From a virus (Duplodnaviria; Caudoviricetes), in the IMG/VR virus record IMGVR_UViG_3300031920_000406, positions 1 through 55,024 of that record: a stretch of DNA of 55,024 nt. One strand, given 5' to 3'. The translations under genes were made by a program, and so were the position numbers. This document shows positions 26,859 through 37,073 of this stretch, piece after piece. The notes below the pieces were generated by a model. The model had not been told where the DNA came from. It was given only the letters and a program-made list of their open reading frames with translations, and made no database searches. The stretch's first letter is position 1. Each line of letters starts with the position of its first letter.

Positions 26859-27404
26859 TTATATTCCTGGTCGATTATCTTGTAAGATCCCTTTCTCTGA
26901 TATCCACCCTACATGATGTGATGGGTTCCCTCTTTGCACGGAGAAAGGGTTTACGGGTGATTTTACTACCGCACCTTCTTCGATCATCGAATATCGACCT
27001 AAGTCACAGCCCGATACGATCACCGCGTTTGCTCCTATCGTGCTGCCCTTACCGACGCGAACCCCAATGAATGCGTGGCGTTTGTTGATCATCGCCCGCG
27101 CATATCGCACATTAGTCAAACAGGACCCGCTTCCCATAAATACCCCTTCTTTGAGTATACATTCCTCTGGGATGGATACAAAGTTTTGAATTCTGCAATT
27201 GTCCCCAATTTCACTTCCTGGACCGACGTATACATTTTGGCCGATTATTACATTTGCGCCGATTATACAGTATTCACCAATATGTGTTCCTGCCCAAATC
27301 TTTGTTCCTGGACCTATAGAACAGTCTTTGTCTACGTGTGCACTATTTTCTATCATTACATCCTGCCACTGGTTTCGATTATTTTCTTTCACGAAATCTT
27401 CCAT
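26859..27404 (-). CDS. Hexapeptide-repeat (LbH) sugar N-acetyltransferase, WbpD-like
   Basis: IGPGTKIW..THI; IGQNVYV; CRIQNFVSI; GSTIGANAVIV; GNP. Confidence 0.88.
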   Translation of the reverse strand: MEDFVKENNRNQWQDVMIENSAHVDKDCSIGPGTKIWAGTHIGEYCIIGANVIIGQNVYVGPGSEIGDNCRIQNFVSIPEECILKEGVFMGSGSCLTNVRYARAMINKRHAFIGVRVGKGSTIGANAVIVSGCDLGRYSMIEEGAVVKSPVNPFSVQRGNPSHHVGWISEKGILQDNRPGI

Positions 27405-27533
27405 CTTTCCACCTCTTAATCCTTCGATTTCACCTTCCTTTGTTTTATCCTTTTCTTTACCCAGGTTTTATTATTCACTTTAATATACACACTTTAGACT
27501 CTATTTGGGAACCATTCTCTGTGCGAACCCTCT

Positions 27534-27764
27534 TTATGGATTTTTATTTTTTTGCCAGAGTGTTGAATCTGAGAAGTCGATCCAAAGTGTGCACGACATT
27601 ATTACTTCATCAATCTCAAATGGCCAGTCATCCGGCGGTACTGAGTCGCAAAAAACAAGTGTTATCGTTGGCACTGGTTCTGGGCATGTGCTTCCTGCAC
27701 AGCCTCCCAATATTACTATCATTACAATGCTTGCGATTAAACCCAATACAAGTTCTTTAATCAT
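27534..27764 (-). CDS. Putative lipoprotein
   Basis: Hydrophobic signal then LGGC lipobox. Confidence 0.5.
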   Translation of the reverse strand: MIKELVLGLIASIVMIVILGGCAGSTCPEPVPTITLVFCDSVPPDDWPFEIDEVIMSCTLWIDFSDSTLWQKNKNP

Positions 27765-27933
27765 TTTTTTACCTTAACTCCCTTTTTTTCTTTTTTGAGT
27801 TCTTCACGGCTTTTATATCCATCACAGCTAACTTTCCGTACTCGTTTCCCACATTTCGGTTGCCCAGATTGACGGTAAGCGCAGCTGCATGGAAATGGGC
27901 AAATGAATTCTTTTGCATCACTTTCGCTTTTCA

Positions 27934-29424
27934 TCATAGTCCCTTTGCTTGTACATTTACGAAGAATGGAATACCTTCCAGGATTTCCCCGCCTGCGAGT
28001 ACCGCGTATAACTTGAACCACCATTTACCCTTTATAGAATTCAACCCTACCGAGACATATCCCACCACCCCATCATCTGACACGTGCGAACCGGCAAGTG
28101 AACCACTCGCCCCATTTGGGTCAATGTAAAGAATTACAATAGAAGTTGCAGTAATCATCGATCGGCTCTGATCTTCAATAAGAATTACGTGGTAATTCTG
28201 ATCAATATCAATAATATCCGAAGGCCAGTACCGAGAATTGTTGGAAACCCTTTCCCCCAGCAATTCAATAACTTCAATATAATCTATTCTTGTAAAAATG
28301 TCCACGCCCACTGCATTGGTAGCTGTTAGCGAAACGGTGAAAAACCCAACGGAACTATAACGATGTGCTGGCGCAAATCCAGTACTGGACAATCCATTCC
28401 CAAAAGTCCATAAATATGTTGGTTTATCTAAATCATAAACTGTTTCGTTAGTGAATTGTACCACTAAAGGTCTAAATCCTGTCAAAGGAATCGCTGTGAA
28501 ATTAGCAGAAAGTAAATACTTTAGTCTATATAATTTCCCGCTAATAAATGTTCCACCGTACAAACGATCGTTATAAATTTCCAACGAGAAAACAACATAT
28601 TCCAACGGTAAATACCCACAAATTTGTTCCCACGCACTCCTTAAATCATTCAAGCGATACAAATAACCCCCATAAGACCCACTGCTTATACCAGTACATC
28701 CATACAAATCATTATCATATACTATTAAATCAAAAACATGCAATGCCTCTAATGTCTCACACACTTGTTCCCAAGCATTCCTTGCAAAATTTAATCTGAA
28801 CAATCTACCCCCTGGGCTGGTGCTACCATATAGCCGACCTTCAAAAACTGCCAGCGAGTTTATTAGTCCTTGTCCATTTAACTCTGCACACACTTGTTCC
28901 CAAGCATTCCTTGCAAAATTTAATCTGAACAATCTACCCCCTGGGCTGGTGCTACCATATAGCCGACCTTCAAAAACTGCCAGCGAGTTTATTAGTCCTT
29001 GTCCATTTAACTGTGCACATATCTGCTCCCACGCATTGCCTGCTAGATTTAATATGAATAATCTACCCCCAAATCCTGTTCCACAATATAAACGCCCCTC
29101 GAACACAATTAAACTCTTCATATGTAATTGACTGTTTAATATACCGCAAATCCGTTCCCACGAATTCCCTGCTAGGTTTAATCTGTACAAATCACCATTC
29201 TCCGTTCCACCATATAACCGATTTTCAAAAACAGTGAGAGACAATATCATACGTCTGTCCAAGAACTTTCCGCACACCTGTTCCCAAGCAGTTTCCGTCA
29301 GATTCATTCTAAATAATCTACCACCAGTTCCTGTTCCACCATATAGCCGACCTTCAAAAACAGCCAGCGAGTATATACGGGATTGCCCATTTAACAGAGT
29401 ACACACTTGCACCCAATTAGCCAT
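27934..29424 (-). CDS. Virion appendage protein: beta-propeller repeats + PKD domain + shared C-terminal domain
   Basis: 43-aa repeats SLAVFEGRLYG...GRLFR; PKD motif ANFTA.P.TG..PL.VQFT...WTFGNG...P.H.Y. Confidence 0.8.
   Translation of the reverse strand: MANWVQVCTLLNGQSRIYSLAVFEGRLYGGTGTGGRLFRMNLTETAWEQVCGKFLDRRMILSLTVFENRLYGGTENGDLYRLNLAGNSWERICGILNSQLHMKSLIVFEGRLYCGTGFGGRLFILNLAGNAWEQICAQLNGQGLINSLAVFEGRLYGSTSPGGRLFRLNFARNAWEQVCAELNGQGLINSLAVFEGRLYGSTSPGGRLFRLNFARNAWEQVCETLEALHVFDLIVYDNDLYGCTGISSGSYGGYLYRLNDLRSAWEQICGYLPLEYVVFSLEIYNDRLYGGTFISGKLYRLKYLLSANFTAIPLTGFRPLVVQFTNETVYDLDKPTYLWTFGNGLSSTGFAPAHRYSSVGFFTVSLTATNAVGVDIFTRIDYIEVIELLGERVSNNSRYWPSDIIDIDQNYHVILIEDQSRSMITATSIVILYIDPNGASGSLAGSHVSDDGVVGYVSVGLNSIKGKWWFKLYAVLAGGEILEGIPFFVNVQAKGL
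28761..29012. repeat. Near-perfect 129-bp tandem duplication of one propeller blade
   Basis: Units start at 28761 and 28890 and are identical over about 120 bp. Confidence 0.9.
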
Positions 29425-29631
29425 AAATTTTTATACTTTCACCACACCAAACAATTTGTTATTTTGAATAAATACTCATACTTCAAAACCTCAACGTTTA
29501 AATTCCACAAGTTACCAGACAAAGAACACAACCACACAATCGACACTTGGTTTTCACGCTGACCACCGCTTTTCCCTCAACACGGTATTCAGAGTTCTGG
29601 GGCCTAACAGAAAAACGAAAACACAACAGAA

Positions 29632-30441
29632 TTAATACCACCGAGGTTGCACATTTACGAAGAATGGAATTCCTTCCAGGATTTCTCCTCCTACTAATAC
29701 TGCATATAATTTAAACCACCATTTACCTGTTTTGTTGTTTAGTCCTGCTGTTATCGGGGCTATGATTCGGTTTTGGTCGATAATATCACCTGTGATATTT
29801 CCTGTTATTCCATTTGGGTCTTTGTATTCGATTTCTATAGTTGTTGCTCCGAATAGGGATCTACCGTAGTCTTCCTTCGCTATTACAGAATATCCCTGAT
29901 TGATGTGGATTATATCTTTATAGAAACTTCCGAAATTAGTAACTTGTTCTCCCTGCACATTTACCGTTAGAGCCACGTAAACTTGTGTGCATTGGCTTTC
30001 GCATCCTGCTCCTCCTGATATTAACCGTATTCCTGCTTCGAGCGCATTTACATCTGCGATTGTCCAGAACAGGTCGGTTTCCGGGTTTACATTCCATGCG
30101 TTCATGTATTCTACAAATGCTTCTGTCAATACCTCTACCGCACCTCTGGACGTTACCGCTCCTGGTCGCACACAGACCTCCACAGAGCATATTTGAGTAT
30201 TGTTTTCTCTTTCTGACAATCCGATTATTGCCACACTATCGATGTTTATTTGTTGACCCGCTTGAATAACTGACATATCGTACATATCTTCTTGTGTGCC
30301 GTTTTCCGTGTAGACGTATGATTCATCCATCAGGCTTTCCGGATAGTCGTTTACGCATTCCCAATTAGGCCGAGCTCCTGGTACAGCAGTTAGTCCCGTT
30401 ACCGACCCTGCCCCATTTGGTTTGATTATTATTGAACCCAT
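29632..30441 (-). CDS. Virion protein sharing C-terminal domain with 27934-29424
   Basis: NPET..FWT.ADVNALEAG motif; C-terminal GKWWFKLYAVL.GGEILEGIPFFVNVQ. Confidence 0.7.
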   Translation of the reverse strand: MGSIIIKPNGAGSVTGLTAVPGARPNWECVNDYPESLMDESYVYTENGTQEDMYDMSVIQAGQQINIDSVAIIGLSERENNTQICSVEVCVRPGAVTSRGAVEVLTEAFVEYMNAWNVNPETDLFWTIADVNALEAGIRLISGGAGCESQCTQVYVALTVNVQGEQVTNFGSFYKDIIHINQGYSVIAKEDYGRSLFGATTIEIEYKDPNGITGNITGDIIDQNRIIAPITAGLNNKTGKWWFKLYAVLVGGEILEGIPFFVNVQPRWY

Positions 30442-30450
30442 ATTCTTTTG

Positions 30451-31887
30451 TTATACCTTTTCTTTATGAGTTAGTCCTGAAGTTAGGTTTTCAAGTCTCT
30501 CGATTCCTTCTAAAATTTCATCCGCTTTATCGTCCCGTTTTTCTTCCTTCCCATCTTTTTCTCTTCGATTCCAGATTCGTTCTGGGTCTGCGGCTTTATC
30601 ATACCCTAATTCTCGTGCTCCATCATCTGGTGTGATAAAACCGTCTAATACCTTGTCTTCCACATTACCAATTTCGAATCGACCCGCCACTGCCATGTCT
30701 TTTCGAGCTGGATCTCGCACCGGCTCGAAATTTTGGTGTGTTTTTACAACCGATATTCCTTTTAGAGACAGCTCAGTGTTCCGGATCCATTCCGCAAAAC
30801 GTTTCCCGATTTTTTGGATTGTTTCCGTTTGTGACATTATCAGATCGAATTGTGACCGTACCCAGTTTTTTGTCGTTTGTGTTGATTTCCCTACGATCCA
30901 CGGGAATAGATGAAATGCTGCTACGATTTCTTCATCAAAGATCGAACGATTTAATTTCCACACAAAACCGGTTGCTCCAGGTTGTCCTCCTGCGATTCCG
31001 ATTTCCAGATCGTCCCACGAATAAAAGTTATCATCCGGAGCGATATCCGAGAATCTATCTATATATGCGTCGAAATATTCGTTTGCACGATTAATATAAT
31101 CTGCGTCGTCTTCATCCTCCATTTTCCCCGGTTGTTTGATTTTGATATGTAACCGCGGTACCCCTGCATTTGATGATGATAGTGCCATATCATGCAGCAT
31201 ATTGTCAGCCATTTTCATTAGAGGCCACGCTGATTCAATCATTGCAGCCCCGTATGGGTTTTCCCAATCCATATCGAGGGCATAAAAGAAGAATGTTTTT
31301 TCGTTTGCTCGGAAAAAGTCTCTTCCATTTACCGATATATATGGGGTTCGTTTGTTTTTAGTGAATCTAACACAGAATGGATCAATGATTTCAAATCTTT
31401 CAATTCCTTTCCCCTCTCTATCCACGATCATATTACCCGCGAAGCGTCCGTATGTGAATATGTAATGGAAGAATTGAGCTAATAACAGATCCATTCCGCC
31501 TCCTTTTACGAATTTGAAGGGGCTGATCCGTTCATCAAGATTATTGATCACAAGTTGCGCAATTTCCCGTTGTTTTTCTTCTCCCCCCACTAATTTCACT
31601 ACTTGCCGCGTTGAGCATAGATTTTTCCATGTCCACACCGCCGCAGACGCCATAGGATAATATCGACACACCGCCTGAAAGAACCACTTATACCCTCCTG
31701 ATAGATCTGTCATTACGGTTTCACCCAGATTCAGCCTTGTTGTGTTGTTTTCCGCCCACGAGTTAAAGGCCTTTTCTCCCATTTCTATTTTTGTTATTCC
31801 TTTGGCATTGTTAGATGTTTTGCTCATCCCTCGCAGCCTGGGTTCGATGTATGCTTTCTTTTTCTTTTTATGTCCGAACAGCGCCAT
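30451..31887 (-). CDS. Portal protein
   Basis: 478 aa immediately after terL; NPYG motif; G.ITPD..ARELGY C-terminus. Confidence 0.75.
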   Translation of the reverse strand: MALFGHKKKKKAYIEPRLRGMSKTSNNAKGITKIEMGEKAFNSWAENNTTRLNLGETVMTDLSGGYKWFFQAVCRYYPMASAAVWTWKNLCSTRQVVKLVGGEEKQREIAQLVINNLDERISPFKFVKGGGMDLLLAQFFHYIFTYGRFAGNMIVDREGKGIERFEIIDPFCVRFTKNKRTPYISVNGRDFFRANEKTFFFYALDMDWENPYGAAMIESAWPLMKMADNMLHDMALSSSNAGVPRLHIKIKQPGKMEDEDDADYINRANEYFDAYIDRFSDIAPDDNFYSWDDLEIGIAGGQPGATGFVWKLNRSIFDEEIVAAFHLFPWIVGKSTQTTKNWVRSQFDLIMSQTETIQKIGKRFAEWIRNTELSLKGISVVKTHQNFEPVRDPARKDMAVAGRFEIGNVEDKVLDGFITPDDGARELGYDKAADPERIWNRREKDGKEEKRDDKADEILEGIERLENLTSGLTHKEKV

Positions 31888-33319
31888 ACTTATTTACTCC
31901 TTTAATTCGTGGCGGTATTGCCGGACGAATTTCCTCATTTTTTATTTTTACCTTATTTGGTCTAAATCCTTTTGAGTACCACGCTCCCATGCATAGGCAG
32001 CATACAAAATCCCACACTATGTTTTCCAGCCCTTCCATATCGAAGTCTGTTAATTCATCTCTCAGGCACCAATATTCCCCATTTAGTATCTGTTCAATCC
32101 CTTTGTGTGTTGCATTGCCTTGCAATGGTATTCCTATTTCTCCATTTTCCAAGCACGAAACCCCTTCCTCAATAATTGTGCTTCGTATATTCGACGAGAA
32201 TTTTACCAGAACCGGATGTATATCTGCAAGATCTGATCCTAATACGTCCCCTAGTCCCGTTGCGTCGATTACTGTTTTCCCTCTCCATTTTGTTTGTCGT
32301 TCACGTACTCGTTTCTTGATCAAGTCCCAATATGTTTTGGTTCGGCTTCCTTTATCTTCTTGTGTTCGTTCCCATGATCTCAACTGTAGCGGATTTGATA
32401 ATTCCAGTGTGATGCCGACATTATACGTAGTACTTCGTGCAAAGTCCCATACGTTAATATATTTTGCTCCTGGTTCTGGTCGGTCCAGTAGGCCTTCTGC
32501 GATTAGTTCTGCATAGTCGCAAATTTCATTTGAAATCATTCCATCGCTGTCTTCGTATAATCCAAGTACATTTTTATTGAATAATCTTTTAGGAAGTTTT
32601 GCCATCCGTTCTAATGCCACTGGCGCCAAGAATGTATTTTTTCGTGCGTCGCCCCGGAATCGATTTACTTTTTTATTCCCTGCTTTGCGTTGTTTTTCGA
32701 TTGATTCCCAGACTTTATATGCGTTTTTCTTTCCCCGGCGAGGTGTTGTAGTCCATGATAAGCATCCTCCCTGATCCCACAGGCGTGGAGATAATATATC
32801 TTCCAGGAATTTTTGTAGGTTTCGTTGCAGATCAGCTTCGTCAAAATTTGCGTAGAAGTATGATCGCCCTTCTAAAAATTTTCCATCCTGTGATGCATTA
32901 CGGAACCACCAGGTTACCCCGGATTTAAAACTGATATGCGGGAATGGTGACCGTTTGATATCTTTGACCATCCATCCGAACTTCGGTCGTTCTACGTATG
33001 TCTCGGTGAATTTGTCGAACACGATGTTTGCCTGATCTTGTGAGATTGATGTATTAAGAATTGACAGTGGTTTTTCTTTGAATTGCTGTCCCACTGGCTT
33101 GTATGTTGCTTTCCATGCGCTAAGAATCGCGATGACCTCTCCTTTGCCCCATCGGTTTCCTGTTGTCAGTCCAAAGCTTTCTGCAAACGCCATCAGATCT
33201 AAACACTCTTTTTCTTCCTCATGCAGATCGGCTTCCAGAATTTCTTTCCCGAAGCATGCAGGGCTTTGGAACCCTCGTATAATTGTTTCTTTCCAGCTTG
33301 GTTTAATTACTATGTCCAT
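31868..33319 (-). CDS. terL: Terminase large subunit
   Basis: Walker A GNRWGKG; Walker B FDEAD; TTTP coupling motif; nuclease WDFAR and IDATGLGD. Confidence 0.88.
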   Translation of the reverse strand: MDIVIKPSWKETIIRGFQSPACFGKEILEADLHEEEKECLDLMAFAESFGLTTGNRWGKGEVIAILSAWKATYKPVGQQFKEKPLSILNTSISQDQANIVFDKFTETYVERPKFGWMVKDIKRSPFPHISFKSGVTWWFRNASQDGKFLEGRSYFYANFDEADLQRNLQKFLEDILSPRLWDQGGCLSWTTTPRRGKKNAYKVWESIEKQRKAGNKKVNRFRGDARKNTFLAPVALERMAKLPKRLFNKNVLGLYEDSDGMISNEICDYAELIAEGLLDRPEPGAKYINVWDFARSTTYNVGITLELSNPLQLRSWERTQEDKGSRTKTYWDLIKKRVRERQTKWRGKTVIDATGLGDVLGSDLADIHPVLVKFSSNIRSTIIEEGVSCLENGEIGIPLQGNATHKGIEQILNGEYWCLRDELTDFDMEGLENIVWDFVCCLCMGAWYSKGFRPNKVKIKNEEIRPAIPPRIKGVNKYGAVRT

Positions 33320-33770
33320 ATTTTTGCGATACTTCCAGGAAGAATTTTAGAAGTTCATTTTCCCATTTTGAATCTTCTTTTATTTTTGCTTTGATTTCTG
33401 CGGCTTTAATTCCTTCGCTTACCGTTGGTTCTATTTTATTTTTTTTCACTGCACGTTCTACTTTACTGATTACCAGATCAAGAAATTCAGTCAAGGAACC
33501 TATTTGTTTTTCTGTTATTTCTACATGTCCATTTTTATGCGTTCGGATTGATCGTACGCGATATGTATGTCGCTCTCGATGTCTTCGCAACGCATCTTGT
33601 CCGAATTTTTCCGCAGGTTTTTGTTTTTTCACCCATTTTATAATCTCTACCAATGGTACCTTTTTGTTCAGTTTTTCTTCGATCTCCGGTCGATATTTTG
33701 ACTGACATATTTTGCATCGCGATGATTCCCGCCGTACCGGGTCGTACGCTCCTTTTTCAGGCCCTTTCAC
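33303..33770 (-). CDS. Probable terminase small subunit (GTG start at 33770)
   Basis: Directly upstream of terL; CKICQS..R.EIE; ALRRHR..H; GGAG RBS. Confidence 0.55.
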   Translation of the reverse strand: MKGPEKGAYDPVRRESSRCKICQSKYRPEIEEKLNKKVPLVEIIKWVKKQKPAEKFGQDALRRHRERHTYRVRSIRTHKNGHVEITEKQIGSLTEFLDLVISKVERAVKKNKIEPTVSEGIKAAEIKAKIKEDSKWENELLKFFLEVSQKYGHSN

Positions 33771-34675
33771 TAATGACTCCGTATTCTTCTTGATACTGAC
33801 GGTGATTGTATGATTCGACGTCGATTTTTTGTATACCGGTTTTCTATAACCCCACCTAATTGCTGCGTGCTTACCGCTAAATACTTTCCAAACATTATTT
33901 TTGCGTTTGCTAGATATTTTTCGCTTAGTGCGCTCCACTGTTTTGCAATATCATCAGATTGATCTCGTCTTGCAATCGTCAGTTCTTTTATGCAGGCCGC
34001 TAGACAGTAACTATAGAGAACATAATTGGTGCTCGCTGCTTTTAATCCTTTATCCGCTGAGTTTAGTGTTATTCCCGATTTTAGCCGTGGTTCGATGAAC
34101 GCTTCCATTTCTTCAATAAGTTCTTTTATTAATGATTCCCCCGGACTCGTTTCTGTGTGGTTGTAATCTACGTATACTACAGCTTCGTTAGGGATGGTTG
34201 TTCCTGTTCGACGATTTATCCGTCCTGATTGATAATCGATTCCGTAATCATCTCCATTTGTTAATACTACGAATGGTAGATACCATACAAAAACCTGACC
34301 TCCGTTTGCGATTGTGCTTCCTATTGATGTTCGTGCCACTGTTCCATTTTCGTAATCAATGATATAATCTCTGTTTTCTATATACACTGTTGTTAACGTA
34401 AGATCAATTGCGACTACTCCTGAATTCGGGACAATCTTTTGTGCATCCAGGTCTACCGGGTTTTGATTGTTTAATGTTATTGGGTTGTGTGAATCGGCTT
34501 GAGGTGTATTCACACGGATGATTTTTACAGTTTCCGAGTTTTCGGTTATATTAGAAAACTCCAGCTGTGCTCCTTCCAATAGTTTTAATTTGAGTGATTC
34601 ATTTATCTCATCCGGGATTGTTATTTTCTCTGCCTGGATTACTTTACGGATTGTTTCTATATCTGTTAGTGCCAC
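33770..34675 (-). CDS. Head-tail adaptor-like protein with inserted beta domain
   Basis: Helical termini; repeated DY.IDY..G.I/V.R motifs. Confidence 0.5.
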   Translation of the reverse strand: MALTDIETIRKVIQAEKITIPDEINESLKLKLLEGAQLEFSNITENSETVKIIRVNTPQADSHNPITLNNQNPVDLDAQKIVPNSGVVAIDLTLTTVYIENRDYIIDYENGTVARTSIGSTIANGGQVFVWYLPFVVLTNGDDYGIDYQSGRINRRTGTTIPNEAVVYVDYNHTETSPGESLIKELIEEMEAFIEPRLKSGITLNSADKGLKAASTNYVLYSYCLAACIKELTIARRDQSDDIAKQWSALSEKYLANAKIMFGKYLAVSTQQLGGVIENRYTKNRRRIIQSPSVSRRIRSH

Positions 34676-34690
34676 TCTATTTTACCCTTT

Positions 34691-37027
34691 TTATGCTACA
34701 ATGTTATTTGCTGATACTGTGTTGGTTCCATTATTTACTATTTGATTTACTCCATTTGTCAAACACGTGTTTCCCGTAATGATGATTCGGTCTGAGCTGT
34801 TTGCGATATTAATTCCGTCTGTTGTATTGCTGCAACAGATATTTCCTTCCACCGTATTATTGTCTCCGATTGCCATTATAATTCCATTTGCACAGTCTTC
34901 TATATTATTTCCATTTATCGTATTTGATGTTGTTTCACAGAAGATTCCATCTCCCGCGCATCCTTGGATACAGTTACTGTTTACCGTTACCCGATTATTA
35001 ATTGTACCGACGCCTCCACCTTCATCATCTAAATGTATTCCATGGCTTGTACAGCTCACGATATTATTGCTGTTGATTGTTGAGTGTAGATTTGATGAAC
35101 CGGCCGACAGATGTATTCCCACCGCTCCATTGTGTATTTTGTTTCCATTGATTGTACAATATCTTGAGTTTGCATCAATTAGAATCCCATCTGCCGTTGT
35201 ATCTATGATGGTATTTCCATTAATTTGGTAATGATTTCCATTACCTCGTGTTTGTATTCCTGTTGATGAGCATGTTTTAATCCAATTGTTGCATGCTCGG
35301 CATTGCCCCAGGTTACTATCTATATCGATACCTACCGTTGTATTTATTATTTGATTTCCATCGATGTTAAAATATCCACAGTTTGCTGCGTCCGTGAACG
35401 CAATTCCGATTGCTCCTGTTGAATCAATTCGGTTACCACTAATTGTTCCGTCCTGGCTTTTTAATTCAATACCATATCCCGTTCCTATTGAGTAGATATA
35501 ATTTCCACTCATACTCACCCGATCTCCTCCATTCTCTGTTCGGATTCCCGCATCTACTGCCCCTGTGATATTGTTTCCGGTTAGCGCGCAGTCTGTGGCG
35601 TTCACCACAATTCCAAATTGGCTTGCACTATGAATTCTATTTCCCGTTACTGTATGTCCTGTTCCCGAACACCCGATTCCATTTAATTCCGAATCTTCAA
35701 TTGTGTTCCCGCTTGCCACATCTCTATTTCCATTTAGATGAATTGAATGATCTGCAGTTCCGTATTCAATGAAATTGTTATTTACTATGCTATCATCACC
35801 GTTAATAACGATATGTCCGTACAGTCTATTATTGTCTATCGTGTTATTATTCCCTGTTATTTCCACATCGCTATACACTCGATTTCCACGAATGTTCCCA
35901 TACGCCATGTCTGCGATGATTGCTCCAACTTCAAGGATATTATCCACGATTTCCGTGTATCTGCATGCCGTTGTCAATTCGATGGAGTTCCCTCCTGCCC
36001 CTGCCGCTCTAAGAACATTATCCGAGATTGACAACCAGTCAGCATCCTCTGCTGTAATAGCCTGGCTGCGGCAATAAACCATCGTATTGCCTTGGATTTT
36101 TGTATACATTGTGCCACTGTTAATTTCGATTGCTGTATTTGTCACTCCTGTGATTTTATTGTTTGTTATATCGTTCATATAACAATCGTGATCATCTGTG
36201 TTTGTTCGAATTGCGTGATCGTTCTGGTCGCTAATCATATTATCTGATACCTCGCAACTATGGGCATTTTTTAGTTCGATTCCGATTCCTCCGGACAGTA
36301 TCGTATTGTTTTGTATTACCGTTTTCGCCGCTACTGAGTTCGTGTCTACTCCTGTCTGGATTCCGATTGTGGTTGTCAGACGGCTACATTTAAGCACATT
36401 TCTTTCGACCGTGACCCCGATTCCCGAGATTTTCATGCACGGTCGTCCTACTGTTGGGGTGTGTTCTACTGTGAAGCCCCTGAATAGCGATCCGATATTT
36501 ATTGCGTCAATGATATAGTAATTCCCTGTTTGTGTATCTCCCCTATATTGTTCTTTTAATGTGAGAGTAGTATCGTTTACAAAGCCTGCGATTGGCAGAG
36601 CCATTCCTCGGATAATTAACCATGGATCTGTGTACCCGGATGGCGCGTTTGCTCCTGTGTCCCACACTGTTCCTCCGACTCCGTTTACTGTTGATGAGTT
36701 ATTTATTACCTGTGCTGTACCGTTATCGTATGCATTTGTTGCATCGTGAGTTTCGAACTCGATTTCGTTATCTATTAGTTGGATTATTGTCGTTTTAGGT
36801 GATTCTCCGATGAGGTTTTGTCCCCTAAGTACCAGGTTATGTGTTTCTGCGTAGGTTCCATTTTTCACGAAGATATATTCAGCACCGGAATCAAGAGCGT
36901 CATAGATCGTTGTGTAATCCCCGATGCCTGTAATTGGCGATACTGTTACAAACTCTGCTTCAATCTTTGAGATTCGCAGGGCGTTTAGTGTTGTGTTCAG
37001 TGAGTGAACAGCTTTTCCCGTTTTCAT
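34691..37027 (-). CDS. Right-handed parallel beta-helix tailspike-like protein
   Basis: GDYTTI..AL; IFVKNGTY; many I.GN.I...GI repeats. Confidence 0.85.
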   Translation of the reverse strand: MKTGKAVHSLNTTLNALRISKIEAEFVTVSPITGIGDYTTIYDALDSGAEYIFVKNGTYAETHNLVLRGQNLIGESPKTTIIQLIDNEIEFETHDATNAYDNGTAQVINNSSTVNGVGGTVWDTGANAPSGYTDPWLIIRGMALPIAGFVNDTTLTLKEQYRGDTQTGNYYIIDAINIGSLFRGFTVEHTPTVGRPCMKISGIGVTVERNVLKCSRLTTTIGIQTGVDTNSVAAKTVIQNNTILSGGIGIELKNAHSCEVSDNMISDQNDHAIRTNTDDHDCYMNDITNNKITGVTNTAIEINSGTMYTKIQGNTMVYCRSQAITAEDADWLSISDNVLRAAGAGGNSIELTTACRYTEIVDNILEVGAIIADMAYGNIRGNRVYSDVEITGNNNTIDNNRLYGHIVINGDDSIVNNNFIEYGTADHSIHLNGNRDVASGNTIEDSELNGIGCSGTGHTVTGNRIHSASQFGIVVNATDCALTGNNITGAVDAGIRTENGGDRVSMSGNYIYSIGTGYGIELKSQDGTISGNRIDSTGAIGIAFTDAANCGYFNIDGNQIINTTVGIDIDSNLGQCRACNNWIKTCSSTGIQTRGNGNHYQINGNTIIDTTADGILIDANSRYCTINGNKIHNGAVGIHLSAGSSNLHSTINSNNIVSCTSHGIHLDDEGGGVGTINNRVTVNSNCIQGCAGDGIFCETTSNTINGNNIEDCANGIIMAIGDNNTVEGNICCSNTTDGINIANSSDRIIITGNTCLTNGVNQIVNNGTNTVSANNIVA

Positions 37028-37073
37028 TTCTATCCTTTATTCTCCGGAATCTTCTGGGTCATTCAGTTTTTGT

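Noticed and set aside
27934-29730. Diversity-generating retroelement VR/TR pair in the shared C-termini
   Set aside because: Differences are mostly synonymous and not adenine-specific, both copies are coding, and no reverse transcriptase is present
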